Shown piece by piece: positions 10,478 to 18,508 of a stretch of DNA of 64,000 bases (positions are counted from its first letter, which is position 1; each line of letters opens with the position of its first letter). Location of the stretch: positions 79,702-143,701 of the forward strand of contig CAVUKN010000002.1 in the NCBI GenBank assembly GCA_963742105.1, in the 5' to 3' direction. Under the pieces are notes generated by a model that saw nothing but the letters and a program-made list of their open reading frames with translations, ran no database searches and was not told the DNA's origin. This DNA is from an uncultured Acidobacteriota bacterium. Lineage in GTDB: Bacteria; Acidobacteriota; Vicinamibacteria; Vicinamibacterales; UBA2999. Both the position numbers and the translations under genes were made by a program.

Positions 10478-10899
10478 ATGTCTCCTGACGATCGGTGCAG
10501 CGAAGCCCGCCGGCTGCAACAGATCGACGCCGCGATGCGCGCCGGGACCTCGACGCGTTACGCGCGGCCGTGGGCGATCCGGCGGTGATTCCCAACGGGC
10601 GCCTGCATCCGGCCATGGGGACCTGTCTGGTACGGGCGATCGCGCTCAGCCCCCTGCCCTTCATCCGGACGCTGCCGGAGCTTGGCGCCGATCCGAATGC
10701 GCCGGCCGACGATGGCTTTCCGCCCTTGATCTCCGCTCTGTTCAGCGGACGCAGTGCGCCGGGATTGACGCCGCGCACCGACGTCACCGAGCTCGTCCGC
10801 CTGCTGCTCGCCTTCGGTGCGGATCCGAATCAGCGCGGCATCAACGACTACACCGCCGACGCGGCAGCGTCTCCGCTCGGGGCTGACGCTGCTCACTGA
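10478..10899 (+). pseudogene. Ankyrin-repeat protein, frameshifted near 10545 and apparently truncated
   Basis: MSPDDRCSEARRLQQIDAAMRAG joins DLDALRAAV with one added G; LGADPN...DDGFPPLISAL; LLLAFGADPNQRGINDYT. Confidence 0.65.
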
Positions 10900-11239
10900 C
10901 ATTCCCGGGATCGGCGGACCTGTCCGGCGGCAGCACGTTTATCGGATCAGGCTGCGACTTCTCCTCAATCGAGGCGAGGCGGTGCGCTGGACGACGCCGT
11001 GGGGTCCCGTCGGTGCGGCCCGCCTGGAAGACGACGGCGAGACGCTGGTCATCGAGGTGCGCGTCGATCGGCGATCGTTCATCAGCGGATTGTTCTACGG
11101 GATCGATGGCATGCGGGTCGGCGGCACGCGACGACTCGAAATCGCGCCTCACCTCGGCTACGGCGAGCAGGGCGTGCCCGGCATCATCCCCGGCAACGCG
11201 GTGCTGATCGCGGAGGTCACGGTGGTCGGGGAGAGATAG
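10860..11239 (+). CDS. FKBP-type peptidyl-prolyl isomerase domain (possibly C-terminus of the ankyrin gene)
   Basis: GMRVGGTRRLEIAPHLGYGEQGVPGIIPGNAVLIAEV; no convincing start codon of its own. Confidence 0.75.
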
Positions 11240-11351
11240 TCGTTCGAGGCGTTCGAATCGTTCGAGGCATTCGAATCGTTCGAGGCGTTCTGAGTCGTTC
11301 GACTTCGCGAACCGAAGGGTTCGAACGCGTCGAACGACTCGAACGATCGGA
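11239..11351. repeat. 9-mer repeats (GTTCGARKC)n with inverted TCGAACGAC arm
   Basis: Directly visible between convergent genes; related copies at 50034-50068, 54099-54138, 56662-56677. Confidence 0.8.
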
Positions 11352-11354
11352 TCG

Positions 11355-11747
11355 CTACTTCACGTGCTTGCTGACCAGCTTGGTCATCTCGAACATGTTG
11401 ACCGAGCCCTTGCCAGCGAACACCGGCTTCAGCGCCGCGTCGCTGTTGATCATCCGGCGGTTCTTCTGGTCCTGGAGGCCGTTCTTCTTGATGTAGGCCC
11501 AGAGCCGCTTGGTGACTTCGGTGCGCGGCAACGGCTTGTCGCCGACCACCGCCGCGAGCGCCGAGTCCGGTGTGACAGGGGCCATGAAGGCGGCGTTCGC
11601 CCGGCCGCGGCCGGCGGACTTGCGGGCACCCTTGGCGCTCTTCGCGCTCTTCTTCGCTGCACCCTTCCGCGCCGGAGCGGCGCGCTTGACGCTCTTCACA
11701 CTCTTCTTCTTCGCACCCTTCGCACTCTTCGCGCTCTTCTTGGCCAT
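11355..11747 (-). CDS. SWIB/MDM2 domain protein with Lys/Ala-rich N-terminal tail
   Basis: LAAVVGDKPLPRTEVTKRLWAYIKKNGLQD...MFEMTKLVSKH; AAGGAG RBS. Confidence 0.92.
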   Translation of the reverse strand: MAKKSAKSAKGAKKKSVKSVKRAAPARKGAAKKSAKSAKGARKSAGRGRANAAFMAPVTPDSALAAVVGDKPLPRTEVTKRLWAYIKKNGLQDQKNRRMINSDAALKPVFAGKGSVNMFEMTKLVSKHVK

Positions 11748-12004
11748 CCGTGCTCCTTCACGCGCCCGTGTCGGCCGCGGTCTGCGGCGGCGATCGACGC
11801 TGAAAACAGGGAGATTATGCCTGAAAAGTGGAGCGATGGCGCAGGAGAAATCGCACGATCACGCTGTCGATCGCCGCCGCGATCGTCGGCACGCGCGAGT
11901 GACGATCGTGCCGCGAGCCTCGTCAGGCTCGCCTGGAGATCAGCATTGATGGTGCGGTTCGATCACTAGGTCCTCCTGGCGACTCGGTGATCCCTCTCGC
12001 AGCG

Positions 12005-12460
12005 CTACCGCAGTCGCGCCGTCGCGACCACCGCCGAATGAAGGCGCAGCACTTCGCCGGGAACGGTGCCCAACGTGCTCTCGTCCCAGCGAAATTGGAT
12101 GGTTCGCTCACCGTCATCATCGCGGCGTTGCACGGTCATTGTCGTGGTCACGCAGTCGCTGCAGATACCGGAAGTGCCCACAGCGGGGTGTGCCGAGACA
12201 TCCGCAACCAGGCGAACGTCTGCGACCAGCTTTCCTATCGATTGCTGGGCCCCCGCAGCCAGACGTGAAGGACACGACGCTGTCGACGGGCAAAGCAGCT
12301 CTCCCGCGGAACTCGCGGTGAAGCTCCCCGAGCCGCGGCCGGTGAAGCCGCCGCTCGTCTCGATCCGGACAATCCAGGCTCCGGCCCCCGCAGGGAGCGC
12401 GAACGTCGGAGATTGAGCCACCTGCGCAGCCAGGAAGAGGAGCACAACGGTTGCGGTCAC
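12005..12460 (-). CDS. Secreted hypothetical protein
   Basis: Hydrophobic N-terminus; IETSGGFTG motif; co-oriented with neighbours. Confidence 0.6.
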   Translation of the reverse strand: MTATVVLLFLAAQVAQSPTFALPAGAGAWIVRIETSGGFTGRGSGSFTASSAGELLCPSTASCPSRLAAGAQQSIGKLVADVRLVADVSAHPAVGTSGICSDCVTTTMTVQRRDDDGERTIQFRWDESTLGTVPGEVLRLHSAVVATARLR

Positions 12461-12466
12461 GCTGGA

Positions 12467-12937
12467 TTAGACGGACTGCCGCAGCCGAGAGTTGGAGCGA
12501 TGCAGGCGCTCGAGCACGTGCACCAGTTCCGGCGGGTACATGGGGATCTCTCCGCCTGTCAGCCGTCCGATTGCAACCCATACCGCCGGGCCGTCACAAA
12601 CGGTCTCGTTGACGACGAACCGTTCGTGCTCATAGGACGAGGGATCGGCGAATGTCGCATCGAAGAGGAACGTGATTTCGTGGTGCAGACGTCCACCCCA
12701 CTCACAGACGTCCTCGACGACATCCAGCGGTGACACGTCGCCCAGCTCGACGCCGATTTCCTCGTGCAGCTCACGCCGGACCGTGTCGGCGGCCCGCTCG
12801 CCGAACTCGATCGCGCCGCCGAGAAATCTCCCGTAACGGACGCCGGAGGCGGGGTCGAGCGCGAACGAGAGCAACACGTCGCCGCCGCGTCGAATGATGG
12901 CCCTCGCCTTGACCTTGATGGGCAGACCGCGGTTCAT
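12467..12937 (-). CDS. NUDIX hydrolase
   Basis: Nudix box GGAIEFGERAADTVRRELHEEIG. Confidence 0.9.
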   Translation of the reverse strand: MNRGLPIKVKARAIIRRGGDVLLSFALDPASGVRYGRFLGGAIEFGERAADTVRRELHEEIGVELGDVSPLDVVEDVCEWGGRLHHEITFLFDATFADPSSYEHERFVVNETVCDGPAVWVAIGRLTGGEIPMYPPELVHVLERLHRSNSRLRQSV

Positions 12938-12940
12938 GTG

Positions 12941-13762
12941 TCAGTCGACGAGGCGCTTGGCGTCCCGTTCGTTCTCGAGGCAGACAAACTCGATCAGCTC
13001 GTCCGCCGCCAGCAGCCGCTGATTTATTCGCACCGTCCACGGGCGGGTGTAGGCCCTGGGATCGTTGACCGTCACGTCGATCTCGAGGCGACCGAACGTA
13101 GGCCGTCGGAAGCGTTCGGTGATGCGCGCCTCCGTGGTGAAGGGACTCCCGTTCACGTCCAGCCAGCCGTTGTCGCGCAACCCCGTCGTCTCGACGACGA
13201 GGGTGTCGCCATCCCAATGGCCCACCGAATACCCGAACCACCAAGGCTCATGATCGCCGGTCGGCACCGGGCGCCCATCGAGAAACACCTGGCGCAATCC
13301 GGCGTTCGCCTCGTAGGCGATCACCATCACCGTTGCCGACTGCACGATCTTGCGTGGCTGCGAGTGCGTGTGGAGTTGCATGAAGCCGAGCGGCAGGCAA
13401 TGGGCGTCGGGATTGTCTCGCGAGTTGCTCGCCATGCGCTGCCGCCGCAGTTCGGCCGCCCACGGCGTGAATGGCAGGCCGTCCTTGAGGTTCGCCCCGA
13501 CGTTGACGAACGTTGCGACCGGTGCGCCATCGAGCGACGGCAACATCGGCGCGCCGAGACGTCCCGCCGGCGGCACGCGGCTATCCCAGACGCCTGACAG
13601 GTCCGGCTTGCCGTCGGGTGTCCGCGGTGCGGCAGCGGCCAGGTTCACCGTGCCGTCCGACAGCCGCGGCGTGTTCGGAGGTACGTAAGAAGGCCACTGT
13701 GCCGAGACCGACACAGTGGCCAGGAGAACCAGGACGAACGCGCAGCGACAGGCCGCGTGCAT
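12941..13762 (-). CDS. Conserved secreted hypothetical protein (same family as 8016-8966)
   Basis: PRTPDGKPDLSGVW, CLPLG, GYSVGHWDGDTLVVET, IEFVCLENE. Confidence 0.8.
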   Translation of the reverse strand: MHAACRCAFVLVLLATVSVSAQWPSYVPPNTPRLSDGTVNLAAAAPRTPDGKPDLSGVWDSRVPPAGRLGAPMLPSLDGAPVATFVNVGANLKDGLPFTPWAAELRRQRMASNSRDNPDAHCLPLGFMQLHTHSQPRKIVQSATVMVIAYEANAGLRQVFLDGRPVPTGDHEPWWFGYSVGHWDGDTLVVETTGLRDNGWLDVNGSPFTTEARITERFRRPTFGRLEIDVTVNDPRAYTRPWTVRINQRLLAADELIEFVCLENERDAKRLVD

Positions 13763-13772
13763 CGCCCTGTTG

Positions 13773-14423
13773 TTACTTCGAGACCGACAGCCCGGTGATC
13801 GACACGTCCGGCAGGGCGTGGTTCACGCGCATGCCCCAGATGCCGTCGGTGTTGATGCCGGTCTTGGGCGTCGACGTCACCACGGTACCGTTGACGACAT
13901 AGTCGATCTTGTCGGCGAGCACGCGGACTTCGAGTGTGTTCGCGGCCTTGCCGCTGGCGTCGAGCTTCACGATCGCCGGGCTCTGCGCCTTTGCCACGAC
14001 GTCCTTGGTGTCGTTATTGCCCGCGCCGGTCCGCTGCTTGACGAGATAACTGCCGTCCTGCGGCGCGACCAGGAAGTAGGTATAGCTCTCGGTCGGCCCG
14101 CCCAGATCCTTTCCGCCGAAAACGAACCCGATGTAGTTGACGTGGCTGCTGCGCGCGTTCTGAGTGAAAGTCCCCTTCAGCGTGTAGGCGCCCGTCGCCG
14201 TGTTCGACGGGTGATAAAACACGGCCGCCTTGGGGTTGGCGGTGTGAAATCCACCGGCAATGGCGGTGAACTTCACATCGCCAGCCGGATCCGGATCGGA
14301 CGCCTCCGTGCTCGCGTCAACCCGCTCCTTCCAACCGGCGGTCGAGGTCAACTGCGACTGCGCGCTGACCGAAATTCCGGCGAGAGCCACTACGGCCGCC
14401 GCCACCACAAGATAACGCTTCAT
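13773..14423 (-). CDS. Secreted hypothetical protein, possible beta-sandwich (ConA-like) fold
   Basis: Signal peptide; GFVFGG...NTLEVRV...YVVNGTVV...GIWGMRVN; GAGGAG RBS. Confidence 0.7.
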   Translation of the reverse strand: MKRYLVVAAAVVALAGISVSAQSQLTSTAGWKERVDASTEASDPDPAGDVKFTAIAGGFHTANPKAAVFYHPSNTATGAYTLKGTFTQNARSSHVNYIGFVFGGKDLGGPTESYTYFLVAPQDGSYLVKQRTGAGNNDTKDVVAKAQSPAIVKLDASGKAANTLEVRVLADKIDYVVNGTVVTSTPKTGINTDGIWGMRVNHALPDVSITGLSVSK

Positions 14424-14475
14424 CTGAACGCTCCTCGAAAAAGACTCTGAGACTCTACCAAAGTTCTAGTGTGAT

Positions 14476-14712
14476 TCAATTCAGGCGGATATCGCGGCCG
14501 AGTACGGAAAAGACAAGCCCGATGTCGATGATGGCCAGGCAGGGCGTGACGAGTTGCGGATTCAGTCGCGGTACGGCCAGCCAGACGCCAGCGCCCAGAA
14601 ATACCGCGACGATGGCAACGCGGCGTTTCCCCTCCAACAGCGCCCAGCCGACCAGAATCAGGAAGACGAAACGCGCGATCCACGCACCGGCGGCGACGGA
14701 CCCGGCATCCAC
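14476..14712 (-). CDS. Small membrane protein
   Basis: Three hydrophobic segments; ends GRDIRLN. Confidence 0.6.
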   Translation of the reverse strand: MDAGSVAAGAWIARFVFLILVGWALLEGKRRVAIVAVFLGAGVWLAVPRLNPQLVTPCLAIIDIGLVFSVLGRDIRLN

Positions 14713-14765
14713 CCGAGCTTAGACGGTACACCAGGATCGGCGGCCGTGCCTGCGATACTCACAGG

Positions 14766-15410
14766 ATGCGTGTCGATATCTGGTCCGACATCGTCTGTCC
14801 GTGGTGCTACATCGGAAAACGCCGGTTCGAACAGGCGCTCACGCGGTTCGAACACAGCGTTCCCGTCATCGTCCTCCACCACTCGTTCCAGCTGAATGCG
14901 GGGGCGGCGCGCGATCAGACGAGCGATCGCCGCGAGATGCTGATGCGTAGGTACCGGCTGACGGCGCGCCAGGTCGAAGCGATGGATGAGCGGATGACCG
15001 AGACCGCAGCAGCTGAAGGGTTGGACTATCACCTCGAGGGGACGGTCACCGGTAACACAGCGGCGGCACACCAGCTGGTACACCTGGCCCATCACCATGG
15101 ACTGCAGGACACCATGCTGGAACGTCTCTATCGGGCCTACTTTGTCGAGCAGCGGTCCATCTTCGACCCGGCCTCACTGATCGGCCTGGCGGGTGAGACC
15201 GGGCTCGATTCGACGGAGGCCGCAGCGGCCCTGCGCGACGAACGCTATGCAGCCGCGCTCGAGCGCGACCTGGATGCCGCGCGGCAACTTCGGATTACCG
15301 GCGTTCCGTTCTTCGTGATCGACGGACGACTCAGCGTGTCTGGCGCGCAGCCGCCGGACGTGTTCCTCGACATGCTGAATCGAGCGGCCGGAGAACCGAT
15401 CGACGCGTGA
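14766..15410 (+). CDS. DsbA/FrnE-family oxidoreductase
   Basis: WSDIVCPWCYIGKRR; ITGVPFFVID. Confidence 0.93.
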   Translation: MRVDIWSDIVCPWCYIGKRRFEQALTRFEHSVPVIVLHHSFQLNAGAARDQTSDRREMLMRRYRLTARQVEAMDERMTETAAAEGLDYHLEGTVTGNTAAAHQLVHLAHHHGLQDTMLERLYRAYFVEQRSIFDPASLIGLAGETGLDSTEAAAALRDERYAAALERDLDAARQLRITGVPFFVIDGRLSVSGAQPPDVFLDMLNRAAGEPIDA

Positions 15411-15416
15411 GGGCTT

Positions 15417-15580
15417 TCCGGCGACCGGCCACCAGCTACCGGCCACCGTCTTCCGACTACCGGGCTACGGGCTACAGCTACCGGCCACCAGCCACCGGGC
15501 CAAAAGCTACCGGCCACCGGCTACCGGCTAGCGGGCCAAAAGCTCCGGCCACCGGCTAGCCGCAGCACCCAGCTACCCCG
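15417..15580. repeat. Degenerate heptamer array (GCYACCG)n
   Basis: Directly visible between convergent dsbA-like and dinB-like genes. Confidence 0.85.
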
Positions 15581-16085
15581 CCGGCCACTCTGGTTTCGGA
15601 CGACCGCGCCAGAGCCAGGCGATGTAGTCCACCATTGGCGGCTCGGCGCCGACCGCCCGTAAGCGCGTGTTCACCTGCGCCCTGTGATGCGTGCTGTGGC
15701 TGATGACCTGCAGGATCGTCTCGCCCAGCGTTGTCGGCGCCAGCGTCTGTTTTGATTGCTGCTCGATCCAGCTGACCCAAGGGAGCCGGATCGTCCCCTT
15801 CAGCGCATCCCCGTCGAGATCGGCGATGAACGCCCGTGCCTCGGGGTAATAGGTCCGCACACCGGCGAGTTCCTCGTCGAGGTGCACCGCGTCGAAGTTG
15901 TCACGGAACGTAAAGGGACGTCCCTTCCACGCATCGAGGAACGCGCGCTGCACGCTGGACGCGTGCAGCAGGTACTTGCACAACTGCGCGTCCGCAACCG
16001 CGGCTGGACGTGTGAACGTGGCACTCCAGACCGCGGCGTCGGCCGATTCCATGTGATCGAAGAGGTCGAGGAGGACGTGGTTCAT
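15573..16085 (-). CDS. DinB-family protein
   Basis: LLH...; QVISHSTHHRAQV metal-binding His motif. Confidence 0.85.
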   Translation of the reverse strand: MNHVLLDLFDHMESADAAVWSATFTRPAAVADAQLCKYLLHASSVQRAFLDAWKGRPFTFRDNFDAVHLDEELAGVRTYYPEARAFIADLDGDALKGTIRLPWVSWIEQQSKQTLAPTTLGETILQVISHSTHHRAQVNTRLRAVGAEPPMVDYIAWLWRGRPKPEWPAG

Positions 16086-16206
16086 ATCAGGCGCCCGCAC
16101 GACGCGACTTGCGAGTCATCGAATCTTCCGTTTCGCATGTTGCAGTGGCGCTTTGCATTTCGCATTTCGCATTTTGCATTCTGAATTCTGCATTCATATC
16201 GACGTC

Positions 16207-17913
16207 CTACCACTCGGTCGGCTTGTAGTCCTTCAGAAACTGGCCCCAGACGTGCGCGCCGCTGTTGATCCCGCTGATGATCGGGTCGACGATGCGCGCG
16301 GCGCCATCGACGATATCGAGCGGTGGATGGAACCGGTGCTCGGCCGTCTTCCTCGCGGCGATCTGAACCGGGTCCTCATCGGTGATCCAGCCGGTGTCGA
16401 CGCTGTTCATGTGGATGCCGTCATGGTGGTAGTCCGCGGCGGACGTGCGCGTCATCATGTTCAACGCCGCCTTCGCCATGTTCGTGTGCGGATGTCGCGT
16501 CGTCTTGAAGTTCCGGTAGAACTGACCCTCCATCGCCGACACGTTGACGATGTGCTTGTCGCGCTCCGGCGTGCGGAGCATCAGCGGTTTCAGGCGCGCG
16601 TTGAGGATGAACGGGGCGACCGCGTTGACCAGGTGAACCTCGAGCAGTTCGACTACAGGGACCTCGTGCAGCAGCAGCCGCCAGGAGTTGCGATCGCGCA
16701 GGTCGATCTGCTGCAGATCCTGATCGAGTCGCCCCTGCGGAAACATGGTGTTGCCGGATTCGGCGCGGCCGCGACGCAGCTCCCCTGCGTCATCGAGCCC
16801 GGCGGCCGCGTCCGGCGCAGCGGACCCGGCGTCGTAGCGTGGGCCGCGCGCAGCAGGCCCGGCGTCGTAGCTCGCCCCTCGCGAAGCAGGCCCGCCGTCG
16901 TAGGCCGGGCCTCGCGGAGCAGGCCCGGCGTGATCCTCCGGCAGCAGCGCCACCTGCGACAACTGCGCGGAGTGGGTCAGTCCGGCGACGTTGGCCATGT
17001 CACGCGCGAGCGTGTCCTCCGCAGCGCCGCCTTCAGGCAGCATCCGATACGCGCGCAAGCCTTCGTACTTGCCGAGCAGCCCTCGCACGTCAGCAGACAT
17101 GTCGGCGTGCGCCGCCTGCTCACCCGCCATCATGTGCGCGTAAAACGCCGGCGGGCGGCGCACGGTCTGACACGCGTTGTTGACGATGAAGTCCAGCCGG
17201 GCGTGCGTGGCCAGGATCTCGCGGCAGAATGCCTCCACGCTCGGCGTGTGGCGAAGGTCCAGTCCGTAAATCTCGAGGCGATCCTTCCAGTCGGCGAAAT
17301 CGGGTTCCTGCGCGTATCGCGTCGCCGAGTCGCGCGGAAACCGTGTGGTGACGATCAGGTGCGCACCACAACGCAGCAGCTTCAAGCCGGCCTGGTAGCC
17401 GATCTTCACGCGGGCGCCGGTCACCAGCGCGACGCGACCCCGCAGGTCGGCCAGCTCGGTCCGCTTGGCGAAGTTGAGGGCGGCGCACTCGGGACAGAGC
17501 TGGTCGTAGAAGTGGTGAATCGTGGTGTACTTCTGCTTGCAGACGTAGCAGTGTTTCAGCTCCGACGCTTCGGCCGGCGCATCAGCGAGGGGTTCGAATG
17601 CGGTCTCGGGCAGGAAGTAGTTCGGGGTGGTAAACACCGGCTTGCGACGCAGCGTGCGGATGCCGGTCTCGTGCAAGCTCGCCTCGGTCCGTTGCACGCG
17701 CGCCGCCTTGTGAACCCGCCGCTCATCCTTCTGCAGCTTCCGCCGGAGCGTGCGATCCGGATAGGCGATGCGGCTCACTGCCTCCTTGAAGCGTGCGCGC
17801 TCCTCGTCCGCCAGCCCGTTGAGCAAGCCGGGGTCCGCCGCAATCGCCTCGAGCCGCTCCAACGTTTCCTGCAGATACCGAAGATCCGCGGCCGTCGTCT
17901 TGTTCTCCCGCAT
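16207..17913 (-). CDS. SDR oxidoreductase with N-terminal CxxC...CxxC motif and internal 11-aa repeat insert
   Basis: CYVCK...LCPEC; ALVTGARVKIG; IVNNA; NVSAMEG; HPHTNMAKAALNM; VDTGWI. Confidence 0.88.
   Translation of the reverse strand: MRENKTTAADLRYLQETLERLEAIAADPGLLNGLADEERARFKEAVSRIAYPDRTLRRKLQKDERRVHKAARVQRTEASLHETGIRTLRRKPVFTTPNYFLPETAFEPLADAPAEASELKHCYVCKQKYTTIHHFYDQLCPECAALNFAKRTELADLRGRVALVTGARVKIGYQAGLKLLRCGAHLIVTTRFPRDSATRYAQEPDFADWKDRLEIYGLDLRHTPSVEAFCREILATHARLDFIVNNACQTVRRPPAFYAHMMAGEQAAHADMSADVRGLLGKYEGLRAYRMLPEGGAAEDTLARDMANVAGLTHSAQLSQVALLPEDHAGPAPRGPAYDGGPASRGASYDAGPAARGPRYDAGSAAPDAAAGLDDAGELRRGRAESGNTMFPQGRLDQDLQQIDLRDRNSWRLLLHEVPVVELLEVHLVNAVAPFILNARLKPLMLRTPERDKHIVNVSAMEGQFYRNFKTTRHPHTNMAKAALNMMTRTSAADYHHDGIHMNSVDTGWITDEDPVQIAARKTAEHRFHPPLDIVDGAARIVDPIISGINSGAHVWGQFLKDYKPTEW
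16831..16929 (+). repeat. Three 33-bp GTAG-palindrome (REP-like) units inside the SDR gene
   Basis: Units start at 16831, 16864 and 16897 with GTCGTAG; third unit has the perfect stem GCCGGGCCT/AGGCCCGGC. Confidence 0.8.
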
Positions 17914-17934
17914 TCCTTTCAGCGTAAACCGGCT

Positions 17935-18140
17935 GGCGGCTAGCTGGTAGCCAGTAGCCGGTAGCTGGTAGCCGGTAGCCAGTAGCGGGTAGCTGGTAGC
18001 CCGCTAAGGCCGAGCGGACTGGCGGCTCATCGCTACGGCGACCAGCTCGCACCACTTACCACCGACCACCGACAGCCACCGGCCACCGGCTACCGGCTAC
18101 CGGCTACCGGCTACCGGCTACCGGCTACCGGCTACCAGCT
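17935..18140. repeat. Inverted heptamer arrays (GGTAGCY)n and (CCGGCTA)n
   Basis: Directly visible, flanking a divergent intergenic core. Confidence 0.9.
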
Positions 18141-18151
18141 AGACTCCTCCC

Positions 18152-18508
18152 ATGTCCGATCGCAACGCTCGCACGGTCTACTCAACAGCCACTGGCGGTA
18201 CCTGCGTGAAGTGCGGGTGGCCGCAACGCGACTGCAAGTGCAGCAGCCAGTTCGCCCGTGACGAGCCGCTGCCGTCGAAGATCGTCGCCAAGCTGCGAAT
18301 GGAGAAAAAGGGGCGCGGCGGCAAGACCGTCACCGTCGTGTACGATCTGCCCGATAACGCGGCCTTCTTGAAGGAACTCGCCGGCGAATTGAAGCGTGCC
18401 TGCGGGACCGGCGGCAGCGTCGTCGACAACACCGTGGAGATCCAGGGCGATCAGCGGGAACGCGTGCGTGACGTCCTGCTGAAAAAGCGGTGGACCGTCA
18501 AAGGTTAG
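18152..18508 (+). CDS. yciH: Translation initiation factor SUI1/eIF1-like
   Basis: EKKGRGGKTVTVV, LKRACGTGGSV, EIQGDQRE; N-terminal CxxC...CxC. Confidence 0.92.
   Translation: MSDRNARTVYSTATGGTCVKCGWPQRDCKCSSQFARDEPLPSKIVAKLRMEKKGRGGKTVTVVYDLPDNAAFLKELAGELKRACGTGGSVVDNTVEIQGDQRERVRDVLLKKRWTVKG

Noticed and set aside
16153..17943. 596-aa plus-strand ORF (similarly 30477-32099 minus, 37120-38826 plus, 51060-52430 minus)
   Set aside because: Antisense shadows of well-supported genes, expected in high-GC DNA.
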